Shown here piece after piece: positions 8,334 to 21,959 of a stretch of 64,000 nt of DNA. The translations under genes were made by a program, and so were the position numbers. Each line of letters starts with the position of its first letter. Position 1 is the stretch's first letter. Source of the stretch: Sphingobacteriaceae bacterium (GTDB taxonomy: Bacteria; Bacillota; Sulfobacillia; Thermaerobacterales; RSA17); the NCBI GenBank assembly GCA_035303785.1, contig DATGRI010000058.1:2306-66305 (forward strand), written 5' to 3'. A model generated the notes under the pieces. The model did not search any database. It saw only the letters and a list, made by a program, of their open reading frames with translations, and was not told where the DNA came from.

Positions 8334-9815
8334 TCAAGAATTCAAATGTTCCCGCAGCAGCCGGTTGGCCAGCTGGGGATTGGCCTGGCCCCGGGTCAGG
8401 CGCATGACCTGGCCCACCAAGGCTCCCAAGGCCTTTTCCTTGCCGGCCTTGTAGTCGGCCACAGGGCCGGGGTTCTCCTCCACCACCTGGCGGATGATGG
8501 CGGCCAGTTCCCCTTCGTCGCTGATCTGCCGCAGGCCCTTGGCCTCCACCACTTCTTCGGCGGTGCGACCGCTTGCCAGCATGTCGGCCAGGACTTCCTT
8601 GGCCATGGTGCCCGACAAGGTGCCTTCCTTGACCATGGTCAGGAGATGGGCCAGTTCCTTGGGGCCCACGGCCAATTGGTCCACCGTCAAATTGTTGGCC
8701 CCCAAGTAGGCCAGGATTTCCGTGGACACCCAGTTGGCCACCGTCTTGGCGTCGCCCAACAGCCGGGCGCACTCCTCGAAGTAGTCGGCCAGGGCCTTCT
8801 CGGCGGTCAGCACCCCCGCGTCGTAGGCGCTGAGGCCCAACTCCTCCATGTAGCGCCGCCGGCGGGCCTGGGGCGGCTCGGGCAGCTGGGCCTTCAAGGC
8901 TTCCAGCCGCTCCCGGGTGATGATGTAGGGCGGCATGTCGGGCTCGGGCAGATAGCGGTAGCCTTCGGCTTCGTCCTTGGCCCGGGAGGGAACGGTCACC
9001 TGGGCGTTTTCATCCCAGTGGCGGGTTTCCCGGGTCAGGGCTTCGCCCCGCTGGAGGAGCTCCCACTGCCGCCGGCCCTCGTACTGAAGAGCCCGGACTA
9101 CAGAGCGGAAGGAATTGAGATTCTTCACCTCGGTGGGGGGATTCATGGAGTCGCTGCCCCGGGGGCGCACCGACACGTTGGTGTCCACCCGCAGGGAGCC
9201 TTCCTCCATGCGCACGTCGCTGACGCCGGCGTAGGCCAGGATGTCCCGCAGGTTGGTCAAGTACTCCCGGGCTTCTTCGGGGCTGCGGATGTCGGGCTCC
9301 GACACGATCTCCAGCAGCGGCACCCCGGCCCGGTTGAAATCCAGCAGGGATCCGCCGGCCACGGCATCGTGGATGGACTTGCCCGTGTCTTCCTCCAGGT
9401 GGGCCCGGTTGATGCGGATCACCTTTGGCCCGTCGGGCCCCTCGATGGTGATGGAGCCGCCGCTGCCCACGGGCAGGCCGTACTGGCTGATCTGGTACCC
9501 CTTGGGCAGGTCGGGGTAGAAATAGTTCTTCCGGTCGAAGGTCAGCCGGGGCGCAATCCGGCAGTTCAAGGCCAGGGCCGCCTTGATGGCCTGGTTCACC
9601 GCCCCTTCGTTCAAGACGGGCACCGCCCCCGGCAGCCCCAGGCAGACGGGGCACACCTGGCTGTTGGGCGGGGCGCCGAAGGTGGTGGCGCACGGGCAGA
9701 ACACCTTGCTCTCGGTCTTCAATTCCACGTGGACTTCCAGGCCGATAACCAGTTCGTAGGGGGTTTCCCCGTCCTGATGCAATGTCGTCAAGTCTTCATC
9801 CTGCCGCAGGCTCAC
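8334..9815 (-). CDS. gatB: Asp/Glu-tRNA(Asn/Gln) amidotransferase subunit B
   Basis: YELVIGLEVHVELKTESKVFC, NRAGVPLLEIVSEPD and a C-terminal YqeY-like tail (GKEKALGALVGQVMRLTRGQANP). GTGA overlap with the gatA stop. Confidence 0.93.
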   Translation of the reverse strand: MSLRQDEDLTTLHQDGETPYELVIGLEVHVELKTESKVFCPCATTFGAPPNSQVCPVCLGLPGAVPVLNEGAVNQAIKAALALNCRIAPRLTFDRKNYFYPDLPKGYQISQYGLPVGSGGSITIEGPDGPKVIRINRAHLEEDTGKSIHDAVAGGSLLDFNRAGVPLLEIVSEPDIRSPEEAREYLTNLRDILAYAGVSDVRMEEGSLRVDTNVSVRPRGSDSMNPPTEVKNLNSFRSVVRALQYEGRRQWELLQRGEALTRETRHWDENAQVTVPSRAKDEAEGYRYLPEPDMPPYIITRERLEALKAQLPEPPQARRRRYMEELGLSAYDAGVLTAEKALADYFEECARLLGDAKTVANWVSTEILAYLGANNLTVDQLAVGPKELAHLLTMVKEGTLSGTMAKEVLADMLASGRTAEEVVEAKGLRQISDEGELAAIIRQVVEENPGPVADYKAGKEKALGALVGQVMRLTRGQANPQLANRLLREHLNS

Positions 9816-11356
9816 TGCCCTTCACCTCCCCCATGGGATCCGCCGTCCCCGGCGGTGCCGGCGGTCGGGGCCCCCGCCCCGGCGGCGTTCACCGGCGGCA
9901 GCCGCCGGTGGTGGTCAAAGGCTTCCTGGTATGCCAGGGCCGCCCGGAGCAAGGTTTCCTCCCCGTAGGCCCGGCCCATAAGTTGCAACCCCACGGGCAT
10001 CCCTTCCACAAAGCCGCAGGGGATGGACAGGGCGGGGATGCCCGCCAGGCTGGCGGGCAGGGCTACAAAGTCGCCCCGGTACACGGCCCGGGTGCCGGCC
10101 CGCCAGGAATCGAAGGGGAAAGCCGTGGTGGGCGCCGCGGGGGCCGCCAGCAGGTCGTACCGGCTCAGGGCCTGCTCCAGTTCTTCCTTGATGACCCGCC
10201 GGAGGCGCAGGGCCTGCATGTAATAGGACTCGTACTGATCCCCGCTGAGAAGATGGGTACCCAGCAGGATGCGCCGCTTCACCTCGGGGCCCAAACCGGC
10301 GCCCCGGCTCTGCTCGTACAAGGCCGCCACGCCCTGCTGGTCGCCCAGGCGCAGGCCGAAGCGGACGCCGTCGTACCGGCTCATGGTGGACGAGGCCTCG
10401 GCGCTGACCAAAACGTAGTAGACGCCCAGGGAATAGGTCAGGGCCGGCAGGTCGCACTCCTCCACCTGGGCGCCCATGCCCGCCAGTTGATCCAGGGCTT
10501 CCCGCACGGCCGCCTTCACCGCCGGGTCCACAGGCTCCTGGAACAACTGCCGGGGCAGGCCGATGCGCAGCCCGTCCAGGCCCTTGGGGCCGGCTTCACC
10601 GGCCATTCCGGCCCAGTCTCCCACGGGTTCGGCCTCCGCCGATGCATCCCGGTCGTCGGGCCCCGCCACCACCTGCAGGGCCAGGGCGCAGTCCCGGGCA
10701 TCCAGGGCCAACAGGCCCACCGTGTCCATGGAGCCGGCCAAGGCCAGCAGCCCGTAGCGGGACACGCGCCCGTAGGTGGGCCGCAGCCCCGTGATGCCGC
10801 ACATGGCGGCGGGCTGGCGCACCGACCCGCCGGTGTCGCTGCCCAGGGACAGGGGCACCAGCCGGGCGGCCACCGCCGCCGCCGAGCCGCCGCTGGACCC
10901 CCCGGGCACCCGGTCCAGGTCCCACGGGTTCTTGGTCGCCTGGAAGGCTGAGTTGACGGTGGTGGCGCCCATGCCCATCTCATCCATATTGGTCTTGCCC
11001 ACGATGACGGCGCCCGCGGCCCGCAGCCGGGCCACCGCCGTGGCGTCGTAAGGAGGGATGTAGCCTTTCAAAATGTTGGAGCCGGCGGTGGTGGCCAGCC
11101 CTTTGGTGCTCAAGTTGTCTTTGACGGCCACGGGCACCCCTGCCAGGGGCCCCGGGTCTTCCCCGGCGGCCACCTTTTGGTCCACGGCCTCGGCCGCCGC
11201 CAGGGCCCCGGCTTCGTCCACCGCCAGGAAGGCCCCCAGGTCCTTGTCCAAGGCGCCGATGCGGTCCAGGGCGGCCTTGGTGATCTCCACCGCCGAAGCC
11301 TGGCCGGCCCGCACCGCCGCCGCCGTTTCCCGGGCCGTCATGATGTCGCCGGCCAT
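9812..11356 (-). CDS. gatA: Glu-tRNA(Gln) amidotransferase subunit A (amidase signature intact)
   Basis: Amidase signature GGSSGGSAAAVAA...GSDTGGSVRQPAA and VAVKDN lysine. ATG 11356 in a TGATG overlap with the gatC stop (TTG 11359 is an alternative). G/A-rich C-terminal tail. Confidence 0.93.
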   Translation of the reverse strand: MAGDIMTARETAAAVRAGQASAVEITKAALDRIGALDKDLGAFLAVDEAGALAAAEAVDQKVAAGEDPGPLAGVPVAVKDNLSTKGLATTAGSNILKGYIPPYDATAVARLRAAGAVIVGKTNMDEMGMGATTVNSAFQATKNPWDLDRVPGGSSGGSAAAVAARLVPLSLGSDTGGSVRQPAAMCGITGLRPTYGRVSRYGLLALAGSMDTVGLLALDARDCALALQVVAGPDDRDASAEAEPVGDWAGMAGEAGPKGLDGLRIGLPRQLFQEPVDPAVKAAVREALDQLAGMGAQVEECDLPALTYSLGVYYVLVSAEASSTMSRYDGVRFGLRLGDQQGVAALYEQSRGAGLGPEVKRRILLGTHLLSGDQYESYYMQALRLRRVIKEELEQALSRYDLLAAPAAPTTAFPFDSWRAGTRAVYRGDFVALPASLAGIPALSIPCGFVEGMPVGLQLMGRAYGEETLLRAALAYQEAFDHHRRLPPVNAAGAGAPTAGTAGDGGSHGGGEGQ

Positions 11357-11691
11357 CAAGCGCCGCCCCCTTCCCCTTCGGCGCCGGCCATCATGGACGG
11401 CACCCGGAAATAACCGTCGCAGGCGTCGGGGGCGTTGGCCAGGGCCTCCTCCTGGGTGAGGCCGGGACGCACTTCATCGGGGCGGAACTCTCCGGGGCGC
11501 TCCGAGGGCTCCACCAAGGGCTCCACCCCCTGGACATCGGCGTCCTGAACCTCCCGGCACAATTCCAAAAGACCCGTCAACTCCTCGGCCAGGGCGGCGG
11601 CCTCCTCGGGGCTCACCGCCAGGCGGGCCGTCCGGGCCAATTCCATCACTTGCTGCTGGGATAGAGACAAAGGGTTTCCCTCCTGCACCAT
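11356..11691 (-). CDS. gatC: Glu-tRNA(Gln) amidotransferase subunit C
   Basis: Starts [43 protein letters not shown]... and contains the GatC-type block RPDEVRPGLTQEEALANAP. ATG 11691 overlaps the oppF stop (TGATG). Confidence 0.85.
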   Translation of the reverse strand: MVQEGNPLSLSQQQVMELARTARLAVSPEEAAALAEELTGLLELCREVQDADVQGVEPLVEPSERPGEFRPDEVRPGLTQEEALANAPDACDGYFRVPSMMAGAEGEGGGA

Positions 11692-12683
11692 CAACTGCCC
11701 GCCGGCGGGGAGACCAGGTGGCAGGCGGCCCGGTGCTCCGGGCCCGCTTCCACCATGGGCGGCTCCACCTGCCGGCAAATCTCTTCGGCCACGGGGCAGC
11801 GGGGATGGAACCGGCACCCCGCCGGGGGATCCGCCGGGTTGGGCAATTCCCCCGTCAACACCACCTTGGGCCGGCGACGCTGCTCCACCGGGTCGGGAAT
11901 GGGCACCGCGCCCAGCAGGGCTTGGGTGTAGGGGTGCCGGGGCTGCCGGAACAGTTGGTCCACCGGCGCCATCTCCACCAATTTGCCCAAGTACATGACC
12001 CCTACCCGGTGGCTCACATGCTTGACCACGCTCAAATCGTGGCTGATGAACAAATAGGTCAGGCCCAGCCGCTCCTGCAGTTCCAGGAGCAGGTTGAGCA
12101 CCTGGGATTGGATGGACACGTCCAAGGCCGACACCGGCTCGTCGCAGACGATGAATTTCGGCTCCAGGGCCAGGGCCCTGGCGATGCCGATGCGCTGCCG
12201 TTGCCCCCCGGAAAACTCGTAGGGATACCGGTGGGCGTGGCCGCCGTCCAACCCCACCAACTCCAGCAAATATTCCACCCGCCGGTCCAAATCCCGCCCC
12301 CGGGCCAGGCCGTGGACCAGCAAGGGCTCGCCGATTATTTCCCCGGCGGTGTGCCGGGGGTTCAGCGAGGCAAAAGGATCCTGAAAAATAATCTGCATGT
12401 CCCGCCGCAAGGTGCGCAAGACCTTGGGCGGCAGGGCGCCCAGATCGTGGCCGGCGAACAAGACCCGGCCGGCCGTGGGCTCCAGGAGGCGCAGGATGAC
12501 CCGGGCCAAGGTGGTCTTGCCGGAGCCGCTCTCCCCCACCAGGCCCAAGGTCTCCCCGGGCCCGATGGTGAAGGAGACGCCGTCCACCGCCCGCACGGGG
12601 CCCGGCCCCCGCCGGAACCAGGAGCCGCCGGCGGGAAAGTGCTTCACCACATCCCGGACGTCCACCAAGGCCTCCGCCGCCAC
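11691..12683 (-). CDS. oppF: Oligopeptide/dipeptide ABC transporter ATP-binding protein (OppF/DppF-type)
   Basis: Walker [10 protein letters not shown], signature [15 protein letters not shown], Walker [13 protein letters not shown] and a Cys-rich Opp C-terminal domain (GCRFHPRCP...C). GTG 12683 lies 2 nt after the oppD stop, with a GAGGGGG SD. Confidence 0.88.
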   Translation of the reverse strand: MAAEALVDVRDVVKHFPAGGSWFRRGPGPVRAVDGVSFTIGPGETLGLVGESGSGKTTLARVILRLLEPTAGRVLFAGHDLGALPPKVLRTLRRDMQIIFQDPFASLNPRHTAGEIIGEPLLVHGLARGRDLDRRVEYLLELVGLDGGHAHRYPYEFSGGQRQRIGIARALALEPKFIVCDEPVSALDVSIQSQVLNLLLELQERLGLTYLFISHDLSVVKHVSHRVGVMYLGKLVEMAPVDQLFRQPRHPYTQALLGAVPIPDPVEQRRRPKVVLTGELPNPADPPAGCRFHPRCPVAEEICRQVEPPMVEAGPEHRAACHLVSPPAGS

Positions 12684-12685
12684 CG

Positions 12686-13687
12686 TCAGGCAGCCCCCTC
12701 GCCCGGCAGGAGCTTTTCCCAATGCCAGCAGGCGGTGCGGCGCTGCCCCGCCACCGGCTGGAGGGGAGGCTCCTGGGTGCGGCACCGTTCGTCGGCCAGG
12801 AAGCAGCGGGGATGGAAAGGACAGCCCGGCGGCACCGCCAGGGGGTCGGGCACCGTCCCCGGAATGGTGCCCAGGCCCTGGCCCCGGGGCATGTCCAGCC
12901 GGGGGACGGCTTCCAGCAAACCTTTGGTGTAAGGGTGCAGGGGCCGGGCGAAAAGGGGTTCCACGGGGGCCTCCTCCATCACCTTGCCGGCGTACATGAC
13001 CAGCACCCGGCGGGCCATCTGGGCGATGACGCCCAGGTCGTGGGTGATGAGGATGACGGCCATCCCCAGCCGCTCCTGCAGGTCCTGGAGCAGATCCAAT
13101 ATTTGCGCCTGGATGGTCACGTCCAGGGCGGTGGTGGGCTCGTCGGCGATGAGGAGCTTGGGGCCCGCCGCCAGGGCCAGGGCGATCATGACCCGCTGGC
13201 GCATGCCCCCCGACAGTTCGTGGGGATACTGGCGGGCCCGCAGCCCGGGGTTGTTGATGCCCACCATGGCCAGCATCTCCTCGGCCCGCCCCAGGGCTTC
13301 CCGCTGTCCCCCGCCTTGGTGGCGGCGGACCACCTGGGCGATTTGCCGGCCTACGGTGTAGACGGGGTTCAAGGAGGTCATGGGCTCCTGAAAGATCATG
13401 GCCGCCCCGCGGCCCCGCAGGCCCCGCCGCTCCGGCGGGCCTTGGGGTGAAAACTCCCGGCCGTCAAAATGGATGGCGCCGCTGCTGACACAGCCCGGGG
13501 GGTCGGGCAGGAGGCCCATGAGGGACAAGGCGGTGACCGTCTTGCCGCAGCCGCTCTCCCCCACGATGCCCAGGGTCTCCCCGGGATCAACGTGGAAGGA
13601 GATGCCGTCCACGGCCTTGACGGTGCCGGCCTCGGTATGGAACCGGGTATACAAGTCTTTTACTGCCAACAGCCTGGCTGCCGCCAT
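12686..13687 (-). CDS. oppD: Oligopeptide/dipeptide ABC transporter ATP-binding protein (OppD/DppD-type)
   Basis: Walker [38 protein letters not shown]-terminal GCPFHPRC. The start is set at ATG 13687 ([16 protein letters not shown]). Confidence 0.88.
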   Translation of the reverse strand: MAAARLLAVKDLYTRFHTEAGTVKAVDGISFHVDPGETLGIVGESGCGKTVTALSLMGLLPDPPGCVSSGAIHFDGREFSPQGPPERRGLRGRGAAMIFQEPMTSLNPVYTVGRQIAQVVRRHQGGGQREALGRAEEMLAMVGINNPGLRARQYPHELSGGMRQRVMIALALAAGPKLLIADEPTTALDVTIQAQILDLLQDLQERLGMAVILITHDLGVIAQMARRVLVMYAGKVMEEAPVEPLFARPLHPYTKGLLEAVPRLDMPRGQGLGTIPGTVPDPLAVPPGCPFHPRCFLADERCRTQEPPLQPVAGQRRTACWHWEKLLPGEGAA

Positions 13688-13718
13688 GACCTCACCGCCA
13701 CCCTTTATGCCGGCTCCT

Positions 13719-18052
<4,334 letters not shown>

Positions 18053-18082
18053 CGGGCACGGACCAGGGATGGGGCCGGCAGC

Positions 18083-20464
18083 CTACCGGCCTCCTTGGTC
18101 CGGGGCGGCCACCAGGACACCCCGCTCCTGCCGGCACGGCAGGTGGATCACCACCAAGGTGCCCTTGCCCGGTTCCGAATGGACGGTCAAATAACCATCA
18201 TGGGCCTCGACGATTTCCTTGGACACCGGCAGGCCCAAACCGGTGCCCGTGGGCTTGGAGCTGAAATACGGCTCGAAAATCTTGTTTTTGTGCACGGGCG
18301 GGATGCCCGCGCCCGTATCCCCCACCGACAACATCACCATATCAGTCTGGGGAGAATAGTGGGTCCGAAAAGTAATTACACCACCACCGGCCAAAGCCTC
18401 CACGGCATTCAAGCCGATGTTGAACAGCACCTGGCGTATTTGGTTCTCGTCCACGGGCACCGGGGGCAGGTCGGGCTGCAGCATGGCGTGGATCAGAATG
18501 CCCCGGCCCCGGACCTGGGCCCACAGCAGCTTGATGACCTGCTGGGCCAATCCGTTCAGATCCACCCGGCGCCGCTCCCGGCCGGCGGGTCGGGCCAGGC
18601 CCACCAGACCCTCCAGCAGCTGCTCCAGGCGCACAGTTTCATCGATGATCAACTGGGAACTGGCGGCCAAAGCCGAGGGATCCTCCTGAACCCACTGCAG
18701 CATGCCCCGGATGGCCGCCAGGGGATTGCGCATTTCGTGGGCGGCGCCCGCCGCCACCTCCCCCAGGCTGGCCAGGCTGGCCGCCCGCTGGGCCTTGGCC
18801 GCCATGGCCTCCACGGCGGTGACATCCTGGATGCCCGCCACCACCGCCTCCAAGGTGCCGTCGGGTTCCCGCACTGAGAAGACCCGGAGCTCCAGCTTGT
18901 AGGTGTGCCCTTCCCAGGTCACCGGCAGCCGCCGCCGGGCTTCATCCCGGTCCCCCCGGAGGATGCTTCCCATTATATCCCACACCCTGGCCAGGGAGCC
19001 CCCTTGGGGCAGGGGCCGGTCCTTGATGCGAGCCCATTCATACCCGAAGACCGTCAGGAGGGCCCGGGCCTCCCGGTTGATGAGGGTGACCGTACCCTTC
19101 CGGTCGCACACGATGAAGCCCCGGCCCAGCCGGTCCAGGAGCATGCTTTGAAAGCGCTTCCGGGCCGTCACTTCCTGGAGGTGGCGCTGGGCTTCTTCGT
19201 AATTGGCGGCGTTGGCCAGGGCCAGGGCTGCGGCGCCGGCGATGAGGGTGACCAGTTCCTCCTGGTGGGGGTGGAGGGGCTCCTCCTCCCCCCTTTGGGC
19301 CAGTTCCAGCACCCCCAGGGCCCGCACCCCGTGGATCAAGGGGACCGTCAGCAGACGCCACCGGCCCGGCGTCAAGTAGAAGTAGGGCTCTCCCGGGCCG
19401 GCCGTCACCGCAAATTCGGTGGTCATGACCCGGCGGGCCAGCAGGGCTTCGGTGGCGGCCCCTTGATGGAGGCCTTGGTCCACCCCTTGCACCGCCGGGG
19501 CTATGCCCGCCGAGCGCACGATGGTGAGGCCGCTGCCGTCCTCAGCGGGCAGGGAGATCCAGCAGGGGCAGCCGGTGACACCGTGGACGGCTTCCAGCAC
19601 CCTGGCCGCCACGGCATCCACCGCCTGGGGGCTGGAGATCACCTGGAACAGCCGGTACATGGTGGCCACCCCATCGATGCGCAGCCGGGCCGGGGCGGCC
19701 TGCCGGCCGTTGAAAGGGTGAAACAAGGGACCGAGGGATAAGCCGCAGGCCCGCACCTCGGCGGAGTTTTGCCGGCGGCAGGCGTCGGCCAGGGCGGCGA
19801 ATTCATCCCGCCGGTCCGTCACCATTTGCACGAAGGTGGCCGTCATGGCCGGGTCCAGCTGGCTGCCCGCCGACCGCTCCAGTTCCGCCAGGGCCTCGTC
19901 CAGGCTGAGGGGCTCCCGGTAAGGCCGGGGGGTGATGAGGCTGTCGAAGGTCTCCAGCAATAGGAGGATGCGGGCGTTGAGGGGAATGTCGGTGCCCGCC
20001 AGGCCCATGGGGTAGCCTTTGCCGTCCCATCTCTCGTGATGATGGCGCACCACCTGGGCCACGCCGTTCAACTCGGGCCGGCCGGCCAGGCGGGCGGCGG
20101 AACGCTCGGGATGGGCGTGGACGGCCATCCATTCCCGTTGGGTCAGGGGACCGGGCCGCCGGTACTGGGGCAGGTCCCAGTCCGCCATGACGATGGCCCG
20201 GCGCAGTTCCAAGAGCTGGGAAGGAGAGAAGCTCAGGCGGCGGCTCAGCAACTCACCGTAATGGAGCAGGCGGGCGACCCGCTGGAGCTTGGAGCTCTTC
20301 CCGGCCCACTGCCCCCGGACCACCCCGGCGGTGCATTGCCCCACCATGCGGTCCATCCACCATAAAAGGAGAAAAGGCTCTGCAGCCTTGGCCAGAAGGC
20401 CGACGGACAAAGCAACACCCACTACCAGGACCCAGCGGTATGCGGATATGGCGATAAACGGCAT
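18083..20464 (-). CDS. Membrane-anchored hybrid sensor: HD-GYP-like domain + GAF + PAS + HisKA/HATPase_c histidine kinase
   Basis: N-terminal hydrophobic segment. HD-GYP signature HHHERWDGKGYPMGL, but with MADWDL where LHD(I/V)GK is expected. Central GAF-like and PAS-like regions. H-box AAHEMRNPLAAIRG. N/G boxes (LFNIGLNAVEA, VGDTGAGIP, GTGLGLPVS). No adjacent response regulator. Confidence 0.8.
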   Translation of the reverse strand: MPFIAISAYRWVLVVGVALSVGLLAKAAEPFLLLWWMDRMVGQCTAGVVRGQWAGKSSKLQRVARLLHYGELLSRRLSFSPSQLLELRRAIVMADWDLPQYRRPGPLTQREWMAVHAHPERSAARLAGRPELNGVAQVVRHHHERWDGKGYPMGLAGTDIPLNARILLLLETFDSLITPRPYREPLSLDEALAELERSAGSQLDPAMTATFVQMVTDRRDEFAALADACRRQNSAEVRACGLSLGPLFHPFNGRQAAPARLRIDGVATMYRLFQVISSPQAVDAVAARVLEAVHGVTGCPCWISLPAEDGSGLTIVRSAGIAPAVQGVDQGLHQGAATEALLARRVMTTEFAVTAGPGEPYFYLTPGRWRLLTVPLIHGVRALGVLELAQRGEEEPLHPHQEELVTLIAGAAALALANAANYEEAQRHLQEVTARKRFQSMLLDRLGRGFIVCDRKGTVTLINREARALLTVFGYEWARIKDRPLPQGGSLARVWDIMGSILRGDRDEARRRLPVTWEGHTYKLELRVFSVREPDGTLEAVVAGIQDVTAVEAMAAKAQRAASLASLGEVAAGAAHEMRNPLAAIRGMLQWVQEDPSALAASSQLIIDETVRLEQLLEGLVGLARPAGRERRRVDLNGLAQQVIKLLWAQVRGRGILIHAMLQPDLPPVPVDENQIRQVLFNIGLNAVEALAGGGVITFRTHYSPQTDMVMLSVGDTGAGIPPVHKNKIFEPYFSSKPTGTGLGLPVSKEIVEAHDGYLTVHSEPGKGTLVVIHLPCRQERGVLVAAPDQGGR

Positions 20465-20583
20465 GGCGAAAAACCTGTCCCCCTTTTGCCAAAATGCCGA
20501 ATATCGCTTCTATTAGGTCGCTGGGTTCCGATTCCTGCATCGATTGCCCGATTCTTGCAAAATAGACGAGATTTCCTATAAAT

Positions 20584-20618
20584 GGGCCTTGCCTGGACGC
20601 AACGGCCAAGCAAGGCCC
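20584..20618 (-). terminator. Intrinsic terminator downstream of purD (end of pur operon)
   Basis: RNA: GGGCCUUGCUUGG, 9-nt loop, CCAGGCAAGGCCC (13 bp, one G.U) followed by AUUUAU. It lies 35 nt after the purD stop. Confidence 0.65.
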
Positions 20619-20652
20619 CTAACGTACATATGGCCAGGATCTTGAGGCCGGT

Positions 20653-21933
20653 TCAGCCGGCGGCGGCGGCGGCGATGTCCCGGCGGAAGTGCATGCCGTC
20701 GAAATGAATCTTCTCGATGGCGGCGTAGACCGTCTCCCGGGCGCCGGCCAGGGACGGGCCCCGGGCCACCACGTTCAAGATGCGGCCGCCGTTGGTGACC
20801 CAGCCCTTGTCGGAATCCCAGCGGGTGCCGGCGTGGAACACCTGCACGTTGGGCATGCCGGGCACGTGGCCCGTCTCATCCAGCCCTTGGATGACGTCGC
20901 CCTTGCGGGGCTCCCCGGGATAGCCGTGGGCCGCCAGGACCACGCATACGGCCGCCTCATCCCGCCACACCCAAGGCTGCTGGGCCAGATTGCCCTGGGC
21001 GCAGGCCAAGGCCAAGGCGGCGAAATCGCTTTCCAGGCAGGGGAGGATGACCTGGGCCTCGGGATCTCCCAAGCGGCAGTTGAACTCCAGCACGTAAGGG
21101 CCGTCCTCCGTCAGCATCATGCCGGCGTACAGCACGCCCCGGAAAGGAATGCCCTCGGCGGCCATGCCCGCCACCGTCCGCTGCAGCACGTCCTTCTCCA
21201 GGCGGCTCACCAGGTCGGGATCCAGGAAGGGCACCGGGGAGTAGGCGCCCATGCCGCCGGTGTTGGGCCCCTCGCCCCCGTCGTACAGGGCCTTGTGGTC
21301 CTGGGAAGCGGGGCAGAGGCGCACCGTCTCGCCGTCGGTAAAGGCCAGGAGGGTGACTTCAGGACCCTGCAGCCGCTCCTCGATGACCACCCGCCGGCCC
21401 GACTCGCCAAACCGGCCCCGGCGCATCATGGCATCCACCGCCTCCAGGGCCGTTTCCGTGTCGGCCGCCACCACCACACCCTTGCCGGCGGCCAGGCCGT
21501 CGGCCTTGACCACGATGGGGCCGCCCCGGGAGCGGATGTAGTCTTCGGCTTCGGCGGGGTCGTCGAACACCTTGCCGGGGGCCGTCGGAATGCCGTGGCG
21601 CTCCATGAACGACTTGGCGTAGGCCTTGCTCCACTCCAGCCGGGAGGCCTGCTTGGTGGGGCCGAAGGCCGGTATGCCCGCCTCCTGCAGTCCGTCCACC
21701 ACGCCGGCGGCCAAGGGCGCCTCGGGGCCCACCAAAACCAGGTCCACCTTGTTGGCCTGGGCCGCAGCCACCACGTCGGCAGGCGACAACGGGTCGCCGG
21801 GGAGGCACGTGGCCCGCTTGCCGATGGCGTCACTGCCGGGCAGGGCGAAAATTTCGGTCACCGAGGGCGAAGCCAGCAAGGTCTCCACCATGGTGTGCTC
21901 ACGGCCGCCGCTGCCGATCACCATTACCCGCAT
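20653..21933 (-). CDS. purD: Phosphoribosylamine--glycine ligase
   Basis: [50 protein letters not shown]. Typical PurD throughout. Confidence 0.93.
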   Translation of the reverse strand: MRVMVIGSGGREHTMVETLLASPSVTEIFALPGSDAIGKRATCLPGDPLSPADVVAAAQANKVDLVLVGPEAPLAAGVVDGLQEAGIPAFGPTKQASRLEWSKAYAKSFMERHGIPTAPGKVFDDPAEAEDYIRSRGGPIVVKADGLAAGKGVVVAADTETALEAVDAMMRRGRFGESGRRVVIEERLQGPEVTLLAFTDGETVRLCPASQDHKALYDGGEGPNTGGMGAYSPVPFLDPDLVSRLEKDVLQRTVAGMAAEGIPFRGVLYAGMMLTEDGPYVLEFNCRLGDPEAQVILPCLESDFAALALACAQGNLAQQPWVWRDEAAVCVVLAAHGYPGEPRKGDVIQGLDETGHVPGMPNVQVFHAGTRWDSDKGWVTNGGRILNVVARGPSLAGARETVYAAIEKIHFDGMHFRRDIAAAAAG

Positions 21934-21959
21934 GAATGCATCCCACCCTTACGAAAAGG

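Noticed and set aside
20465-20583. The AT-richer 188-nt spacer upstream of the HD-GYP kinase, considered as a possible c-di-GMP riboswitch or small-RNA gene. It also contains small track ORFs at 20422..20613 and 20289..20516.
   Set aside because: I recognised no GEMM-type conserved elements. After subtracting the purD terminator, the rest is plausibly just a promoter and leader. The small ORFs have no SD and no recognisable motifs.
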